This document shows positions 52,732 to 64,000 of a stretch of DNA of 64,000 nucleotides, piece after piece; positions within the stretch are counted from its first letter, which is position 1, and each line of letters begins with the position of its first letter. The stretch spans positions 128,001 to 192,000 of the forward strand of contig CAWJQQ010000006.1 in assembly GCA_963845065.1 (NCBI GenBank), read 5' to 3'. This stretch comes from Nitrospirota bacterium (GTDB lineage Bacteria > Nitrospirota > UBA9217). The notes beneath the pieces were generated by a model. It saw only the letters and a list, made by a program, of their open reading frames with translations. It made no database searches and was not told where the DNA came from. The translations under genes and the position numbers were made by a program.

Positions 52732-53979
52732 ATGAACTTAGTAGAACTGAAGGGCAAAAGCATCGCTGAGCTTACCACCATGGCGGACGAACTGAAGGTC
52801 GAAGGTGTGAGTGGTATGCGGAAGCAAGAGCTCATCTTCGCGATCCTACAGGCCCAAACCGAAAAGAATGGCATGATCTTCGGTGAAGGAGTTCTCGAAA
52901 TTTTGCCCGATGGATTCGGTTTCCTGAGAGCACCGGATTACAATTATCTCCCTGGACCGGACGATATCTATGTATCTCCTTCACAAATCAGGCGATTCAA
53001 TATCCGCACAGGCGATACTGTCTCCGGTCAGATCAGGCCCCCGAAAGAAGGCGAGCGCTATTTCGCCCTTCTCAAGGTCGATGCGATCAACTACGAGGAC
53101 CCAGAGATCTCGCGGACCAAGATCCTCTTTGACAACCTCACTCCCTACTATCCCGAAAAAAAGATCAAACTCGAACATGCGCCAACTGACTACACGACCC
53201 GTGCCATGGATCTCGTTACACCCATCGGCATGGGCCAGCGCGGCATGATCGTGGCTCCGCCCCGGACTGGCAAAACTATGCTGCTCCAGTCGATAGCGAA
53301 GGCAATCTTAAAGAACCACAAGGACATCAAGCTCATCGTACTGTTGATCGACGAGCGGCCGGAAGAAGTCACGGACTGGCAGCGCCAGGTAAAGGCTGAG
53401 ATCATCAGTTCCACGTTCGATGAACCGCCGCAAAGGCACGTGCAAGTAGCCGATATGGTAAGCGAACGCGCCAAGCGCCTTGTAGAACACAAAAAAGATG
53501 TTGTCATCCTGCTCGACAGCATAACGCGTCTCGCGAGAGCTCACAATGCAATCATTCCGGCATCGGGCAAGGTGCTGTCCGGAGGCCTTGATGCGAATGC
53601 CCTGCAAAGGCCGAAACGGTTCTTCGGTGCGGCCCGCAGCATCGAAGGCGGCGGAAGCCTCACAATCCTCGCGACAGCGCTGGTTGATACTGGCAGCCGT
53701 ATGGATGATGTGATCTTCGAGGAATTCAAGGGCACCGGTAACATGGAGCTGCATCTTGACCGCAAGCTCGTGGACAAACGCGTATTCCCGGCCATTGATA
53801 TCAACGCGTCCGGCACACGGAAGGAAGAACTACTCGTGGACAAGGACGATTTAAACCGCATGTGGGTCCTCCGAAAGGTACTGAACCCGTTGACGACAGT
53901 TGAGAGCATGGAATTCCTCCTCGAGAAACTTAAGCAGGCCAAGACAAATCGAGACTTCCTGGATTCAATGAACAAGTAA
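52732..53979 (+). CDS. rho: Transcription termination factor Rho
   Basis: [39 protein letters not shown]. Confidence 0.99.
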   Translation: MNLVELKGKSIAELTTMADELKVEGVSGMRKQELIFAILQAQTEKNGMIFGEGVLEILPDGFGFLRAPDYNYLPGPDDIYVSPSQIRRFNIRTGDTVSGQIRPPKEGERYFALLKVDAINYEDPEISRTKILFDNLTPYYPEKKIKLEHAPTDYTTRAMDLVTPIGMGQRGMIVAPPRTGKTMLLQSIAKAILKNHKDIKLIVLLIDERPEEVTDWQRQVKAEIISSTFDEPPQRHVQVADMVSERAKRLVEHKKDVVILLDSITRLARAHNAIIPASGKVLSGGLDANALQRPKRFFGAARSIEGGGSLTILATALVDTGSRMDDVIFEEFKGTGNMELHLDRKLVDKRVFPAIDINASGTRKEELLVDKDDLNRMWVLRKVLNPLTTVESMEFLLEKLKQAKTNRDFLDSMNK

Positions 53980-54031
53980 TTTTTCTCTTGTATTTTTGAG
54001 AAGTTTGGTATATTATTTCCGCCTTAACAAA

Positions 54032-54079
54032 CATAGCCACAGCATGAGCTGTGGCTATCTGTGGCTATCTGTGGCTATG
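54032..54079 (+). repeat. Inverted repeat with a triplicated 3' arm in the rpmE leader
   Basis: CATAGCCACAGC-ATGA-GCTGTGGCTAT followed by two more tandem CTGTGGCTAT units. Confidence 0.85.
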
Positions 54080-54102
54080 GATTATTCCAGGAGGACACGC
54101 TA

Positions 54103-54303
54103 ATGAAGCAAGATATTCATCCCGATTACAAGGTAACAACCGTTCACTGCGCTTGCGGTGAATCGTTCCAGACCCGTTCGACCAAGCAGGACATACGACT
54201 CGACATATGCTCAGTCTGCCATCCTTTCTTCACCGGTAAGCAGAAACTCATCGACACCGAAGGTCGTGTCGACAAGTTCCGGAAGAAGTACAATAAAGCT
54301 TAA
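54103..54303 (+). CDS. rpmE: 50S ribosomal protein L31 (Zn-binding type)
   Basis: [13 protein letters not shown]...[24 protein letters not shown]. Confidence 0.97.
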   Translation: MKQDIHPDYKVTTVHCACGESFQTRSTKQDIRLDICSVCHPFFTGKQKLIDTEGRVDKFRKKYNKA

Positions 54304-54402
54304 AGCGGACAACTGAGGACGGAAATCAGAGGCTGTAACGCTTGCGTGGTCTGTCTGATTTTTTTTGACTTTTGTATTCTGGCTTATTACGAGGTGTCTG
54401 AC

Positions 54403-55308
54403 TTGTTGGAAAAGTTGAATATAGGCGGGCAGGCTGTGCTCGAAGGTGTGATGATGCGCTCACCACATGCTTTTACCGTGGCTGTGCGCAAGGGCGGTAA
54501 GCCTGCTGCTGATATCGTTGTCTTGCAGGAAACGATCCAGCCGCTTGGTGAACGCTATCCGCTCTTCAAAAAAAAAATCATCAGGGGCTCGGTCGCGTTG
54601 TTCGAAGCTTTGTGGCTCGGTATCCGGGCGCTCAATTTTTCGGCGAATGAAGCTCTCGAAAGCGAAGACGGCAAGAAAGAAAACATCAGCTCCCTTGCTA
54701 TGGCAGGGACTATGATCGTAGCGCTGGCATTCTCGCTCGGTCTTTTTCTTGGCCTGCCCCTCCTCATTACCAACCTGCTCGGCATGAAGTACGACGCCGT
54801 AACGAAGAACAGCATGCTATTCAATCTGACAGACGGTGTACTTCGCATGGCGCTCTTCCTCGGCTATGTTTCCGGTATCTCGTTCATGAAGGACATCCGA
54901 AGAGTCTTTGAATACCACGGAGCTGAGCACAAGGCGATCGCGGCTTACGAGGCAGGGGTTGAACTCACAGTGGCAAACGCACGACCCTACTCCCGCATCC
55001 ATCCACGGTGCGGTACGAGCTTTCTGATCGCGGTAATAGCGCTCTCGATTCTCGTGTTTTCCTTGATCCCGGGCGCTTGGCCGCTCTGGGCAAAGGGGTT
55101 GTCGCGGATCGTGCTCCTCCCCTTGATCGCAGGTTTGGGATATGAATTCATAAAATTCAGTGCAACGAACTGCGGAAATGCCGTGATCCAGCGTCTGATG
55201 CAGCCGGGGCTCTGGCTCCAGCGGCTAACCACCCGGGAGCCATCTGACGATCAAATTGAGGTGGCCCTGAAGTCCCTCACCGAGGCCCTCGCAATGGAAC
55301 CCCGCTGA
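54403..55308 (+). CDS. DUF1385 (YqhQ-like) membrane protein
   Basis: IGGQAVLEGVMMR, RVFEYHGAEHK, HPRCGTSF, LQRLTTREP. Confidence 0.93.
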   Translation: MLEKLNIGGQAVLEGVMMRSPHAFTVAVRKGGKPAADIVVLQETIQPLGERYPLFKKKIIRGSVALFEALWLGIRALNFSANEALESEDGKKENISSLAMAGTMIVALAFSLGLFLGLPLLITNLLGMKYDAVTKNSMLFNLTDGVLRMALFLGYVSGISFMKDIRRVFEYHGAEHKAIAAYEAGVELTVANARPYSRIHPRCGTSFLIAVIALSILVFSLIPGAWPLWAKGLSRIVLLPLIAGLGYEFIKFSATNCGNAVIQRLMQPGLWLQRLTTREPSDDQIEVALKSLTEALAMEPR

Positions 55309-55324
55309 AGCGGGGTTTTTTTTT
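55298..55324 (+). terminator. Intrinsic terminator overlapping the DUF1385 stop
   Basis: AACCCCGC-TGAA-GCGGGGTT followed by a T tract. Confidence 0.85.
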
Positions 55325-55417
55325 CAATGATAATAATTCATTCCACCACAAAGACACTAAGAAAAAGAACTCAGTTCTTTGTTTTTTGAGACTTCATAGT
55401 AAATTTTTGACTTCCCT

Positions 55418-56485
55418 ATGCTGAGCAAATTAGATGCGGTTGCAGAAAAATATGACGAGCTGACAAGGCTCCTGTCCGATCCTGGCGTCGCCGCCGACCA
55501 CCAGCAATACCAGAAGTATTCAAAGGAGCGGTCGGAGATCGAAGATGTCGTGCACCAATTCCGCGCCTACCAGAACGTGCAGAAGCAGATCCGAGAAGCT
55601 GAAGAATTTACAATCGATAAGCAGGCAGATCCAGAGCTCCGGGCCATGGCAGAAGCCGAACTCAGGGAGCTTCGGCCCAGGTTCGAACAGATGGAGCAGG
55701 ATCTCCGGATCATGCTCGTGCCCAAGGATCCCAGAGACGACAAAAATATCTTTCTCGAAATCCGCGCCGGCGCGGGAGGCGATGAGGCTGGATTGTTCGC
55801 AGCAGAGCTCTTCCGTATGTATTCCCGCTACGCTGAGAAAAAACGCTGGAAAGTCACGCTCCTCGACATGAGCACTACGGGCGTCGGCGGGGCCAAGGAA
55901 GTGGTTGCCCAGATACAGGGCAAGGGCGTGTTCAGCAGGCTCAAATACGAAAGTGGAGTGCACCGCGTACAGCGCGTTCCCACCACAGAGGCAAGCGGCA
56001 GGATCCATACTTCCACCGTAACGGTGGCCGTCATTCCCGAGGCCGAGGACGTCGACGTCCAGATCGAGCAGAAGGACTTGCGTATTGACACCTATTGCTC
56101 ATCGGGCCCAGGCGGACAGAGCGTGAATACGACCTACTCAGCCGTTCGCATCACACACATTCCGACCGGAGAAGTGGTCGCCTGCCAGGACGAACGATCG
56201 CAGCTCAAGAACCGTGAAAAAGCAATGAAGATCCTCAAATCACGGCTGCTGGAAAAGGAGCGCGAGAAGCGAGAGGCCGAGGAGGCCGCGGCCCGCAAGC
56301 AACAAGTAGGCACTGGTGATCGCAGCGAGAAGATCAGAACTTATAACTTTCCACAGAGCAGGGTAACCGACCACCGAATAGGTCAATCACTCTACAAGAT
56401 TGACGCGGTCATGGACGGAGACATCGACGAATTCATCGATGGCCTTACGGCGGCAGATAATGCGGAGCGGCTCAAGAACCTGTGA
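55418..56485 (+). CDS. prfA: Peptide chain release factor 1
   Basis: GGQ motif (GPGGQSVN), HRVQRVPTTE (PxT), RTYNFPQ. Confidence 0.98.
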   Translation: MLSKLDAVAEKYDELTRLLSDPGVAADHQQYQKYSKERSEIEDVVHQFRAYQNVQKQIREAEEFTIDKQADPELRAMAEAELRELRPRFEQMEQDLRIMLVPKDPRDDKNIFLEIRAGAGGDEAGLFAAELFRMYSRYAEKKRWKVTLLDMSTTGVGGAKEVVAQIQGKGVFSRLKYESGVHRVQRVPTTEASGRIHTSTVTVAVIPEAEDVDVQIEQKDLRIDTYCSSGPGGQSVNTTYSAVRITHIPTGEVVACQDERSQLKNREKAMKILKSRLLEKEREKREAEEAAARKQQVGTGDRSEKIRTYNFPQSRVTDHRIGQSLYKIDAVMDGDIDEFIDGLTAADNAERLKNL

Positions 56486-56563
56486 CAGTTCCCAGCTTTG
56501 TGCTTGGAATTAAGGCAGGCGTAACTCCAAACTTAAAATGTAAAACTTACAACGCTGGTAAAC

Positions 56564-57424
56564 GTGATTCTCGCTGAAGCAATAAATAATGCATTAAAAC
56601 AATTATCGGCTGCGGGTATAACCAACGACCGACTCGACGCAGAAGTGCTTCTCTGTCATACGCTCGGAAGAGACCGCGCCTGGCTCCTGGCCCACATACG
56701 GGAACCGCTTGGCGATGAGCGCCGTAGGATCTTTGAAAAAACGATCGATCGAAGGGTGCAGCGAGAACCTCTCCAGTATATTACAGGTAACCAAGAATTC
56801 TGGGGTCTGGACTTCGCGGTCACGCCAGACGTTCTCATCCCGAGACCGGAAACCGAGCTGATCATCGAGGCTGTTCTTGGTTTTGCAAAGAAAGACCAGA
56901 CATCAACGATCATCGACCTCTGCACGGGCTCAGGCTGCATTGCCGTTAGCCTGGCGAAAGAGTTGAATGCTGCGCGCGTCTTCGCGACGGATAAATCCGT
57001 AAAAGCACTTGGCGTTGCCCGTGAGAATGCTCAAAAGCATGGGGTTGTGGACCGCATCCGCTTCCTCGAAGGTGACCTGTTCGGACCCTTAAACGAACTT
57101 GACATCCTTGGCCAAGCGGATATCATTGTTTCAAATCCCCCCTACATTCCATCCGGAGACTACTGTTCGCTCCAGGTCGAGGTAAGGGATTACGAACCGA
57201 AAATAGCACTCATAGCCGGACCGGGTGGCACGGAGATTCATCAGCGTATTCTTGATGAAGCGCCGCGTTTTCTCAAAAGCAAAGGTCATCTCATTATTGA
57301 GATGGGTATGGGGCAAAGTAGTGAGCTTTTGCACAGGATACGGGAAACCAGTGCGTTTGCTGTGTCGACCGTTCTCAAGGACCTTGCAGGCATTGAGCGG
57401 GTTATTGTGGCAAGAATCCAATAA
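56564..57424 (+). CDS. prmC: Release factor glutamine methyltransferase
   Basis: VLIPRPETE, DLCTGSGCIA, SNPPY. Confidence 0.97.
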   Translation: MILAEAINNALKQLSAAGITNDRLDAEVLLCHTLGRDRAWLLAHIREPLGDERRRIFEKTIDRRVQREPLQYITGNQEFWGLDFAVTPDVLIPRPETELIIEAVLGFAKKDQTSTIIDLCTGSGCIAVSLAKELNAARVFATDKSVKALGVARENAQKHGVVDRIRFLEGDLFGPLNELDILGQADIIVSNPPYIPSGDYCSLQVEVRDYEPKIALIAGPGGTEIHQRILDEAPRFLKSKGHLIIEMGMGQSSELLHRIRETSAFAVSTVLKDLAGIERVIVARIQ

Positions 57425-57494
57425 ACCACAACTATAATCAACACTGGTTAAATCTTTATAAGCTGTTCAAACGTTTTTACGAAAATCATAAATC

Positions 57495-58742
57495 ATGAAG
57501 AAGATTGTTATTAACGGCGGCAAAAAACTTAGTGGTGAAGTTACGATCAGCGGTGCAAAAAATGCGGCACTACCGATTCTCGCTGCTGGCCTTCTGTGCG
57601 CGGGAAAGCATATCATCTCCAATGTCCCCCGCCTAGCCGATGTGGCCACGTTCGGAAAGATCCTCCAAAACATGGGCGTGTCCTTCGAGCGGAAGGACAA
57701 TGATATCGTTATAGATTCTCTGGACCTGACAAACCCCGAGGCAAGTTACGATCTCGTGCGGACCATGCGGGCCTCGGTGCTCGTGCTTGGCCCGCTATTG
57801 GCGCGTATGGGCAGGGCCAGGGTATCGTTGCCGGGAGGATGCGCCATCGGTGCGCGTCCCATTGACCTTCATCTCATGGGCCTCGAGAAACTCGGCGCAT
57901 CGGTCGCGATCGAGCATGGCTACGTTGTAGCATCAGCCAAGAAGCTTCACGGTGCACGTATCTATTTCGACACCATCACTGTGACCGGCACGGAAAACAT
58001 CATGATGGCAGCCACTCTTGCAGAGGGCCAAACCATCATCGAAAATGCTGCGCGTGAGCCTGAAATTGTCGATTTAGCGAACGCCCTCATCAAGATGGGA
58101 GCCAAGATCGAAGGTGCGGGAACGGACATCGTAAAAATCCAAGGAGTTGATACTCTCCAGCCCATGAACTACACGGTGATGCCCGACCGCATTGAAACAG
58201 GGACTTTTGTAATCGCTGCGGCGATAACCAGCGGCATGGTGACAATCAAAAATTGCTTTCCTGCCCATCTTGACGCAGTTCTGGCAAAGGTTCAAGAAGC
58301 AGGCGCTCAAATTTCGATTGATGATGGTACAATCCGCGTGATTGGACTGCCCAGCATCAAGCCGGTGAACATCAAGACGCTGGAATACCCGGGTTTTCCT
58401 ACTGATATGCAGGCACAGTTCATGAGCCTCATGACTCTTGCCGATGGCACGAGCGTGATCAATGAGACTATTTTTGAAAACCGTTTCACTCATGTGGCAG
58501 AACTACGCCGTATGGGAGCCGATATCGAAGCCGACGGCCACACTGCCATCGTAAAGGGAGTAACGCGACTGTCCGCGGCGCCCGTTATGGCGACCGACCT
58601 CCGGGCGAGCGCATCTCTCATTCTCGCGGGACTTGCCGCCGAAGGGCAGACTGTGATTTCGCGCATCTACCATCTCGACCGGGGGTATGAAAACATCGAA
58701 GAAAAACTTTCGATATTGGGAGCCGATATAAAAAGAGTATAA
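57495..58742 (+). CDS. murA: UDP-N-acetylglucosamine 1-carboxyvinyltransferase
   Basis: [36 protein letters not shown]. Confidence 0.99.
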   Translation: MKKIVINGGKKLSGEVTISGAKNAALPILAAGLLCAGKHIISNVPRLADVATFGKILQNMGVSFERKDNDIVIDSLDLTNPEASYDLVRTMRASVLVLGPLLARMGRARVSLPGGCAIGARPIDLHLMGLEKLGASVAIEHGYVVASAKKLHGARIYFDTITVTGTENIMMAATLAEGQTIIENAAREPEIVDLANALIKMGAKIEGAGTDIVKIQGVDTLQPMNYTVMPDRIETGTFVIAAAITSGMVTIKNCFPAHLDAVLAKVQEAGAQISIDDGTIRVIGLPSIKPVNIKTLEYPGFPTDMQAQFMSLMTLADGTSVINETIFENRFTHVAELRRMGADIEADGHTAIVKGVTRLSAAPVMATDLRASASLILAGLAAEGQTVISRIYHLDRGYENIEEKLSILGADIKRV

Positions 58743-58838
58743 GTTAAATCGCGCTACTGAGAGAAGCTTTTTATCATCGTCAGATTTTTTTCTCAAAGTA
58801 CCGTACAACCTCCGCGGTAAATAGAATTTAGGACATTT

Positions 58839-60131
58839 ATGAAGATTATCGATGCCCAACATAAAGACATCACCACAGAGTTGAAGCGCATTGTAAACCG
58901 AGGTGAAACGGCCACCGAAGAAGTTGCCGCTGCCGTAAAAGAAGTCGTTGAACGCGTTCGAAAGGAAGGCGATCCGGCGGTAATCGAATATACCGAGAAG
59001 TTCGACAAAGTAAAGCTTTCTCTCAAGAACATCAAAGTGTCCCCGGGGGAAATCCAGGAAGCCTACTTAAACGTTGAAACAAAAAAAGTTGAGGCACTCA
59101 GGCTTGCGGCCCAAAACATTCGCTCATTCCATCAGAAACAGAAAATCAGCTCTTGGGTCAGCCAGGAGGCTGACGGTGTGATCCTGGGACAGCTTGCGAG
59201 GCCGATCCTGAGCGCAGGCATCTACGTGCCCGGCGGCAAAGCCTGCTATCCCTCATCCGTGCTCATGAATGTGATCCCCGCAATTGTGGCCGGCGTGGAG
59301 CATCTCGTCATGTGTTCGCCCGCACCGAGCGGGAACCTGAATCCTTACATTTTGATCGCCGCAGACATCGCCGGTGTAAGTGAGATATACAAAATCGGCG
59401 GAGCACAAGCTGTCGCTGCCATGGCTTATGGTACTGCCACGATACCCAAAGTTGATAAGATCGTGGGCCCGGGCAATATTTATGTGGCCACTGCCAAACG
59501 CTATGTTTTTGGCCAGGTTGACATTGATATGATCGCTGGGCCAAGCGAGATCCTCGTCCTTGCCGATCATTCAGCGGACCCCGAGTTCGTTGCATCTGAT
59601 CTCCTTTCCCAGGCAGAGCATGACGAGCTAGCCTCGTCAATACTCGTGACGACCTCGCGAGAGCTGGCGAACAAGGTGAGTGCGGAAGTTGAGCGTCAAC
59701 TCTCCAACTTGACGCGAAAAGAGATCGCACGCAAGGCCATCGACCGATTCGGTGCTATTATTATTACGACCTCTCTGTTGGAAGCTGCAGAGGTATCGAA
59801 TTCCATAGCGCCGGAGCACCTTGAACTTGCTGTGGAGAAGCCCTTTGAACTATTGGCATTGATCAAGAATGCAGGCGCCATATTCCTCGGGCACTTTACG
59901 CCCGAGTCTGTAGGCGACTACATCGCCGGCCCGAACCATGTGCTCCCAACTGGCGGCACAGCACGTTTCTTCTCGCCGCTCTCGACCGACAGCTTCATGA
60001 AAAAGTCCAGCCTTATCTTCTACACGCGGGAGGGGCTGGACAGGGTCGGCGAGGCCGTAATTCAGATCGCAGACGTCGAAGGTCTGGAAGCGCACGGGAA
60101 TACAATTCGTGTGAGGATGTCAAAGAAATAA
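58839..60131 (+). CDS. hisD: Histidinol dehydrogenase
   Basis: YVPGGKA, KIVGPGN, IDMIAGPSE, SQAEHD, APEHLEL, GPNHVLPT. Confidence 0.98.
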   Translation: MKIIDAQHKDITTELKRIVNRGETATEEVAAAVKEVVERVRKEGDPAVIEYTEKFDKVKLSLKNIKVSPGEIQEAYLNVETKKVEALRLAAQNIRSFHQKQKISSWVSQEADGVILGQLARPILSAGIYVPGGKACYPSSVLMNVIPAIVAGVEHLVMCSPAPSGNLNPYILIAADIAGVSEIYKIGGAQAVAAMAYGTATIPKVDKIVGPGNIYVATAKRYVFGQVDIDMIAGPSEILVLADHSADPEFVASDLLSQAEHDELASSILVTTSRELANKVSAEVERQLSNLTRKEIARKAIDRFGAIIITTSLLEAAEVSNSIAPEHLELAVEKPFELLALIKNAGAIFLGHFTPESVGDYIAGPNHVLPTGGTARFFSPLSTDSFMKKSSLIFYTREGLDRVGEAVIQIADVEGLEAHGNTIRVRMSKK

Positions 60132-60263
60132 GAACCTTTCAGGTGAAATGAAAATTAAATATCCAGGAAATGAGAAAATTAATTGTTGCGTTAGTATTTT
60201 TTCCACCTTTTATATTCCACTGTTCCTGAATGATCCTTCTTACGTATGAATAGGGAGACTGAG

Positions 60264-61184
60264 ATGCCGATAAAATCAAAAAAGAAAATATCTATATCAG
60301 TGGTTCCTTCAGACCAGAAGCTCAAGCTCGGCCTTCCGAAGGGCAGCTTACAGGACTCAACGTTTAAGCTCTTCAACAAGGCCGGCTACCGCGTCCAAGT
60401 CAGTTCGCGGAGCTACTATCCGACCATCGACGACCAGAAGATCGATTGCACGCTTGTGCGGGCGCAAGAAATGGCCCGCTATGTCGATCACGGCATTTTC
60501 GACGTCGGGCTCACGGGCAAGGATTGGATTCTGGAGCAGAACGCCGATGTTGTCGAAGTAGCAGAACTTAGGTATGCCAAGGGAGGACTGAACCCGGTCC
60601 GTTGGGTCGTGGCAGTGCCTGAGGATTCCTCGATCAAATCAATCAAAGACCTTAAAGGTAAGCGGATCGCCACCGAGCTAGTGGGCTACACGAAACGCTA
60701 CCTCAAGTCTAAAGGTGTCACGGCAGATATTGAATTTTCATGGGGTGCTACAGAAGTGAAGCCGCCGAGATTAGCTGATGCGATCGTGGAGCTCACCGAG
60801 ACCGGCAGCTCGCTCAAGGCGAACAAGCTTCGGATCGTGGAGGTAATGCTCGAATCCACCACGCGGCTCATCGCAAACAAGAAGGCCTGGGCCGATCCGC
60901 GGAAGCGTAAGTTGATTGAGAACATGGCAATGCTGCTTCAGGGAGCACTTGCAGCCGAGGAGAAGGTCGGCCTCAAGATGAACGCACCGAAGGCGAACCT
61001 CAATGAAATCTGCGGCCTGCTCCCGTCCATGCATGCGCCAACCATATCACACCAGACCGATCCCGCGTGGGTAAGCCTGGAAGTAATTTTAGATGAAAAA
61101 ACGGCCCGTGACCTTATCCCGCGTCTCAAGCGGCGCGGCGCATCGGGGATCGTCGAATACCCTTTGAATAAAGTCATTCCCTGA
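60264..61184 (+). CDS. hisG: ATP phosphoribosyltransferase, long form with C-terminal regulatory domain
   Basis: [27 protein letters not shown]-terminal [10 protein letters not shown]...[12 protein letters not shown]. Confidence 0.95.
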   Translation: MPIKSKKKISISVVPSDQKLKLGLPKGSLQDSTFKLFNKAGYRVQVSSRSYYPTIDDQKIDCTLVRAQEMARYVDHGIFDVGLTGKDWILEQNADVVEVAELRYAKGGLNPVRWVVAVPEDSSIKSIKDLKGKRIATELVGYTKRYLKSKGVTADIEFSWGATEVKPPRLADAIVELTETGSSLKANKLRIVEVMLESTTRLIANKKAWADPRKRKLIENMAMLLQGALAAEEKVGLKMNAPKANLNEICGLLPSMHAPTISHQTDPAWVSLEVILDEKTARDLIPRLKRRGASGIVEYPLNKVIP

Positions 61185-61192
61185 AACACAGT

Positions 61193-61222
61193 GGGCGGCA
61201 CCGCGGCCGCCCTTTCTTTTTT
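61193..61222 (+). terminator. Intrinsic terminator after hisG
   Basis: GGGCGGC-ACCGCG-GCCGCCC followed by TTTCTTTTT. Confidence 0.75.
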
Positions 61223-61245
61223 GGTGATTCTCTGTTTTACTTATG

Positions 61246-61765
61246 TTATCGTTTTGATTCTCTTTCCACGAAATTCCTAATAGCAACACCGAGAAACCTC
61301 GGGTCGCTAATCAGGGCTATAACCAGCTTGCTAATTGAGCTATTCAGATTCGTCCGAAATCGTCTTGTGTCATCATCATAGGATTTATCGGTGATAAGCC
61401 AGCCGATCTCCTGCGCTGGTTTGAGATACCGTATATCACCGTTCAAGGTCTGCGTCCCAATTCTTTGCATACTGTGCCAAGAGAAAATCGATCGAGTCGC
61501 GACTCAGAAATAACTTTCCTTGGCCAAGTCCGCCATTCCTCCCGTCGAAGGAAGTCCTAATGTTACTGATGACCGCGTCCTCCGAATGTGTCGTCCCATC
61601 CATCATATGGACCAGTGGCACCAGACGTCGCTCAGGGAAAGAACGATGAGTCGATTCTTTTTTCTCGCTTCTTCCTGTATTGCCTGGCTCCGGGTCCTAC
61701 ATTGTATCAAGTGGGCCTTGTTGGGTCGCGGCGAGAAGCGGAAGCCTGATCCACCTGCGCATTAT
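61246..61765 (-). pseudogene. Remnant of a DUF255/YyaL (SSP411) thioredoxin-like protein
   Basis: Manual translation: GFRFSPRPNKAHLIQ..EEARKKNRLIVLSLSDVWCHW, then frameshifted HMMDGTTHSEDAVI, matching the family motif WCHWCHVMD.TTY; the rest is fragmented. Confidence 0.7.
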
Positions 61766-61920
61766 TAATAAAGAAAGATACCGCATATCATAGTGATGAG
61801 GATTTTCTTCATACGGCCTTAATACCTGTTTCACGGCATGAAATGAAGGGGTTGTCTCCCTTTTACTCTATGTGGTTTTTCCTTGTACAGGACTGATGAT
61901 TCTTGTATATTGCTGCTAAT

Positions 61921-63012
61921 ATGAAGATTCCCCCTTCAAAATCGAAAGACATCACCACACTCATCAGGCCGCAAGTACGCAAGCTCGCGGCGTACCACGT
62001 AGACGAAACACGTGTCCGCATCAAGCTTGACGCCATGGAGAACCCCTTCTCGATGCCCCCTGCCGTTCGACGTGAAATTGCAACAGTTGTTAAAAACGCT
62101 GCACTAAACCTTTATCCAGATCCTTCTGCCAAGGTGCTGAAGAAGGAGATTGCATTGCTTTGGAAGATGAACCCGGAGAACATGATAATCGGCAACGGTT
62201 CGGACGAACTGATACAGGCGATCATCCTCGCTTTTGGAGGCCCTGTGCTAATTCCATCACCGACGTTTGCCATGTACGAGATAACATCCAGGGCGCTTGC
62301 ACAGAGCGTGGTTTCCATCCCGCTTGATGAGAATTTCGACCTTGATGCTGGATTGATGCTTAGGAAGGCCAAAGAGCGTAAAGCAAAAGTAATTTTTTTG
62401 GCTTGCCCGAATAATCCAACAGGTAACCGATTTTCGGACTCTGCTATCAGGAAAATAATGGATGAAACGAATGCGGCAATTGTTATCGACGAGGCTTATT
62501 TCAGCTTTTCCGGCAAAACCTATCTGCCACTCCTGAAAAAATATCCCAACATGATCCTTCTCCGGACTCTTTCGAAGATTGGTTTTGCAGGCCTTCGAAT
62601 CGGCGTACTGGTAGCATCTGGGAACATAGTAAATGAACTCAACAAGATCCGCCTTCCCTACAACATCAATGGTCTTTCCCAAGCGGTGGCGGTGAGTGCG
62701 CTTGCGCACCGGGATGTTATTAGTCAACAGATTTCCCTGTTGATTTCTGAGCGAAAAAAGCTCTATAATAATTTTTTGAAAATGCCCGGCATTACACCCT
62801 ATCCTTCTGAGACGAACTTCATCATGATCAGGACCAATACTGATGCGACGGTCATTCATCGAAAGCTGAAGCAGGCCGGCATTCTGATCAAGAATTTAAG
62901 CAAGGCCGGGCCGCTCAAGAACTGTCTGAGAATCACGATCGGGACTCCGGAAGAGAACAAGGAATTCTTAAAGATACTAACCCATATTTTAGCCACTGAT
63001 CAAGACGCGTAG
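61921..63012 (+). CDS. hisC: Histidinol-phosphate aminotransferase
   Basis: [41 protein letters not shown]. Confidence 0.96.
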   Translation: MKIPPSKSKDITTLIRPQVRKLAAYHVDETRVRIKLDAMENPFSMPPAVRREIATVVKNAALNLYPDPSAKVLKKEIALLWKMNPENMIIGNGSDELIQAIILAFGGPVLIPSPTFAMYEITSRALAQSVVSIPLDENFDLDAGLMLRKAKERKAKVIFLACPNNPTGNRFSDSAIRKIMDETNAAIVIDEAYFSFSGKTYLPLLKKYPNMILLRTLSKIGFAGLRIGVLVASGNIVNELNKIRLPYNINGLSQAVAVSALAHRDVISQQISLLISERKKLYNNFLKMPGITPYPSETNFIMIRTNTDATVIHRKLKQAGILIKNLSKAGPLKNCLRITIGTPEENKEFLKILTHILATDQDA

Positions 63013-63082
63013 ACACGGGCAAAAACGACTTATTGATTACATTCGTGTTCATCAGTGTCCATCGAGGCAAAAGGATATCATC

Positions 63083-63673
63083 ATGCCGCGCAAAGCAACG
63101 ATCCATCGCAAGACTAAAGAAACTGAAATCAAAATTTCGCTGAACCTTGATGGTACAGGACAGTACAGCATCAAGACGACGGTACCGTTTATGGATCATA
63201 TGTTCTCGCACATCGCCAAACACGGCTTCTTCGACCTTGCTATCAAGGCAAAAGGAGACACGGAAATCGACGACCACCATACGGTTGAGGACCTCGGTAT
63301 TGCCTTCGGCCAGGCGCTCAAAAAAGCTCTCAACGAAAGCAAGGGCATTCGCCGTTATGGGGAAGCGACAGTCCCCATGGACGAGACCCTTGCCGAGGTG
63401 GTCGTGGACCTCTCCGGCAGACCATACCTTGTGTATCAGCTGGATTTACCGAAGAAGTATAAGCTTAAGAACTTCGATCCCGGACTTGTCGAAGACTTCT
63501 TCCGTTCTGTTTCAAACCACGCAGGTATGAACCTTCACATCCGCATCCTCTACGGCCGCGACGTACACCATATGCTCGAAGGAATCTTCAAGGCTTTCGG
63601 GCGCGCCCTTGACCAAGCCACGAGTGTTGATTCCCGGATCAGGGGCGTGCTCTCAACGAAGGGGCAAATATAA
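63083..63673 (+). CDS. hisB: Imidazoleglycerol-phosphate dehydratase
   Basis: [39 protein letters not shown]. Confidence 0.98.
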   Translation: MPRKATIHRKTKETEIKISLNLDGTGQYSIKTTVPFMDHMFSHIAKHGFFDLAIKAKGDTEIDDHHTVEDLGIAFGQALKKALNESKGIRRYGEATVPMDETLAEVVVDLSGRPYLVYQLDLPKKYKLKNFDPGLVEDFFRSVSNHAGMNLHIRILYGRDVHHMLEGIFKAFGRALDQATSVDSRIRGVLSTKGQI

Positions 63674-63771
63674 AAATCTACAAATCACCATCCAGGTGAA
63701 GCCCGGAAAGAAGTCGTACTTTTTCCCCCTTTCGGATCTTCTTTCCCCCTCTCTCCTGAAAAGGTCTTGCA

Positions 63772-64000
63772 ATGATAGCGATTATCGATTATGGAATGGG
63801 AAACTTACGCAGCGTCCAGAAAGGCTTCGAACGGGTGGGCCATGAGGCCATGGTCACCAGTGACGCGAAAACAATCCTGAGCGCTTCCAAAGTAGTCCTG
63901 CCCGGTGTGGGTGCTTTTCCGGACTGCATGCGGAACCTCCGGGAATACGGGCTTATTGACGTAGTACACGAGAGCATCAAGTCGGGCAAGCCATTTCTCG
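63772..64000 (+). CDS. hisH: Imidazole glycerol phosphate synthase subunit HisH (partial, runs off the window)
   Basis: Manual translation MIAIIDYGMGNLRSVQKGFERVG...VVLPGVGAFPDCM...KPFL. Confidence 0.95.
   Translation, partial: MIAIIDYGMGNLRSVQKGFERVGHEAMVTSDAKTILSASKVVLPGVGAFPDCMRNLREYGLIDVVHESIKSGKPFL

Noticed and set aside
54049..54078. Tandem repeats as a possible CRISPR array
   Set aside because: 10-nt units without spacers and no cas genes; no CRISPR array was seen in the window.

Overview
A 64 kb stretch of bacterial chromosome. The gene content (split atp operon, Rieske/cytochrome b6-type complex, YeeE-TusA-DsrE sulfur cluster, rho-rpmE-DUF1385-prfA-prmC-murA-his) suggests an anaerobic or microaerobic Nitrospirota or Desulfobacterota-like organism; this is inference. 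Core loci are a flavodiiron protein (partial) with PerR, atpF'FHAGDC, uvrA, nadB, ampG, rho to prmC, murA and hisDGCBH. Accessory loci: (1) a decayed tnpB-only IS200/IS605 element (7678-8893) with readable ends, inserted in a sensor-gene remnant beside an EAL remnant; (2) a CFI-box-CTERM surface protein coupled to an outer-membrane beta-barrel; (3) a tusA-yeeE-dsrE-CHP-CHP (YTD-like) sulfur cluster interrupted by an ORF-less group IIC intron right after a terminator; (4) a 27 kb minus-strand MSHA-like type IV pilus locus. The best candidate for an undescribed system is in locus 4. A 15 kb glycosylation island sits between two near-identical major pilins and the minor pilins. It encodes a transaldolase-led higher-carbon sugar pathway whose gene families match the lincomycin GDP-octose pathway (LmbR/N/P/K/O/M/L/Z), plus a polyprenyl-P GT2, two GT-C transferases, a methyltransferase and a B12 radical SAM enzyme. 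Two of the six substitutions between the duplicated pilins add or remove N-X-S sequons. All family calls come from motif recognition by eye; no database searches were run.
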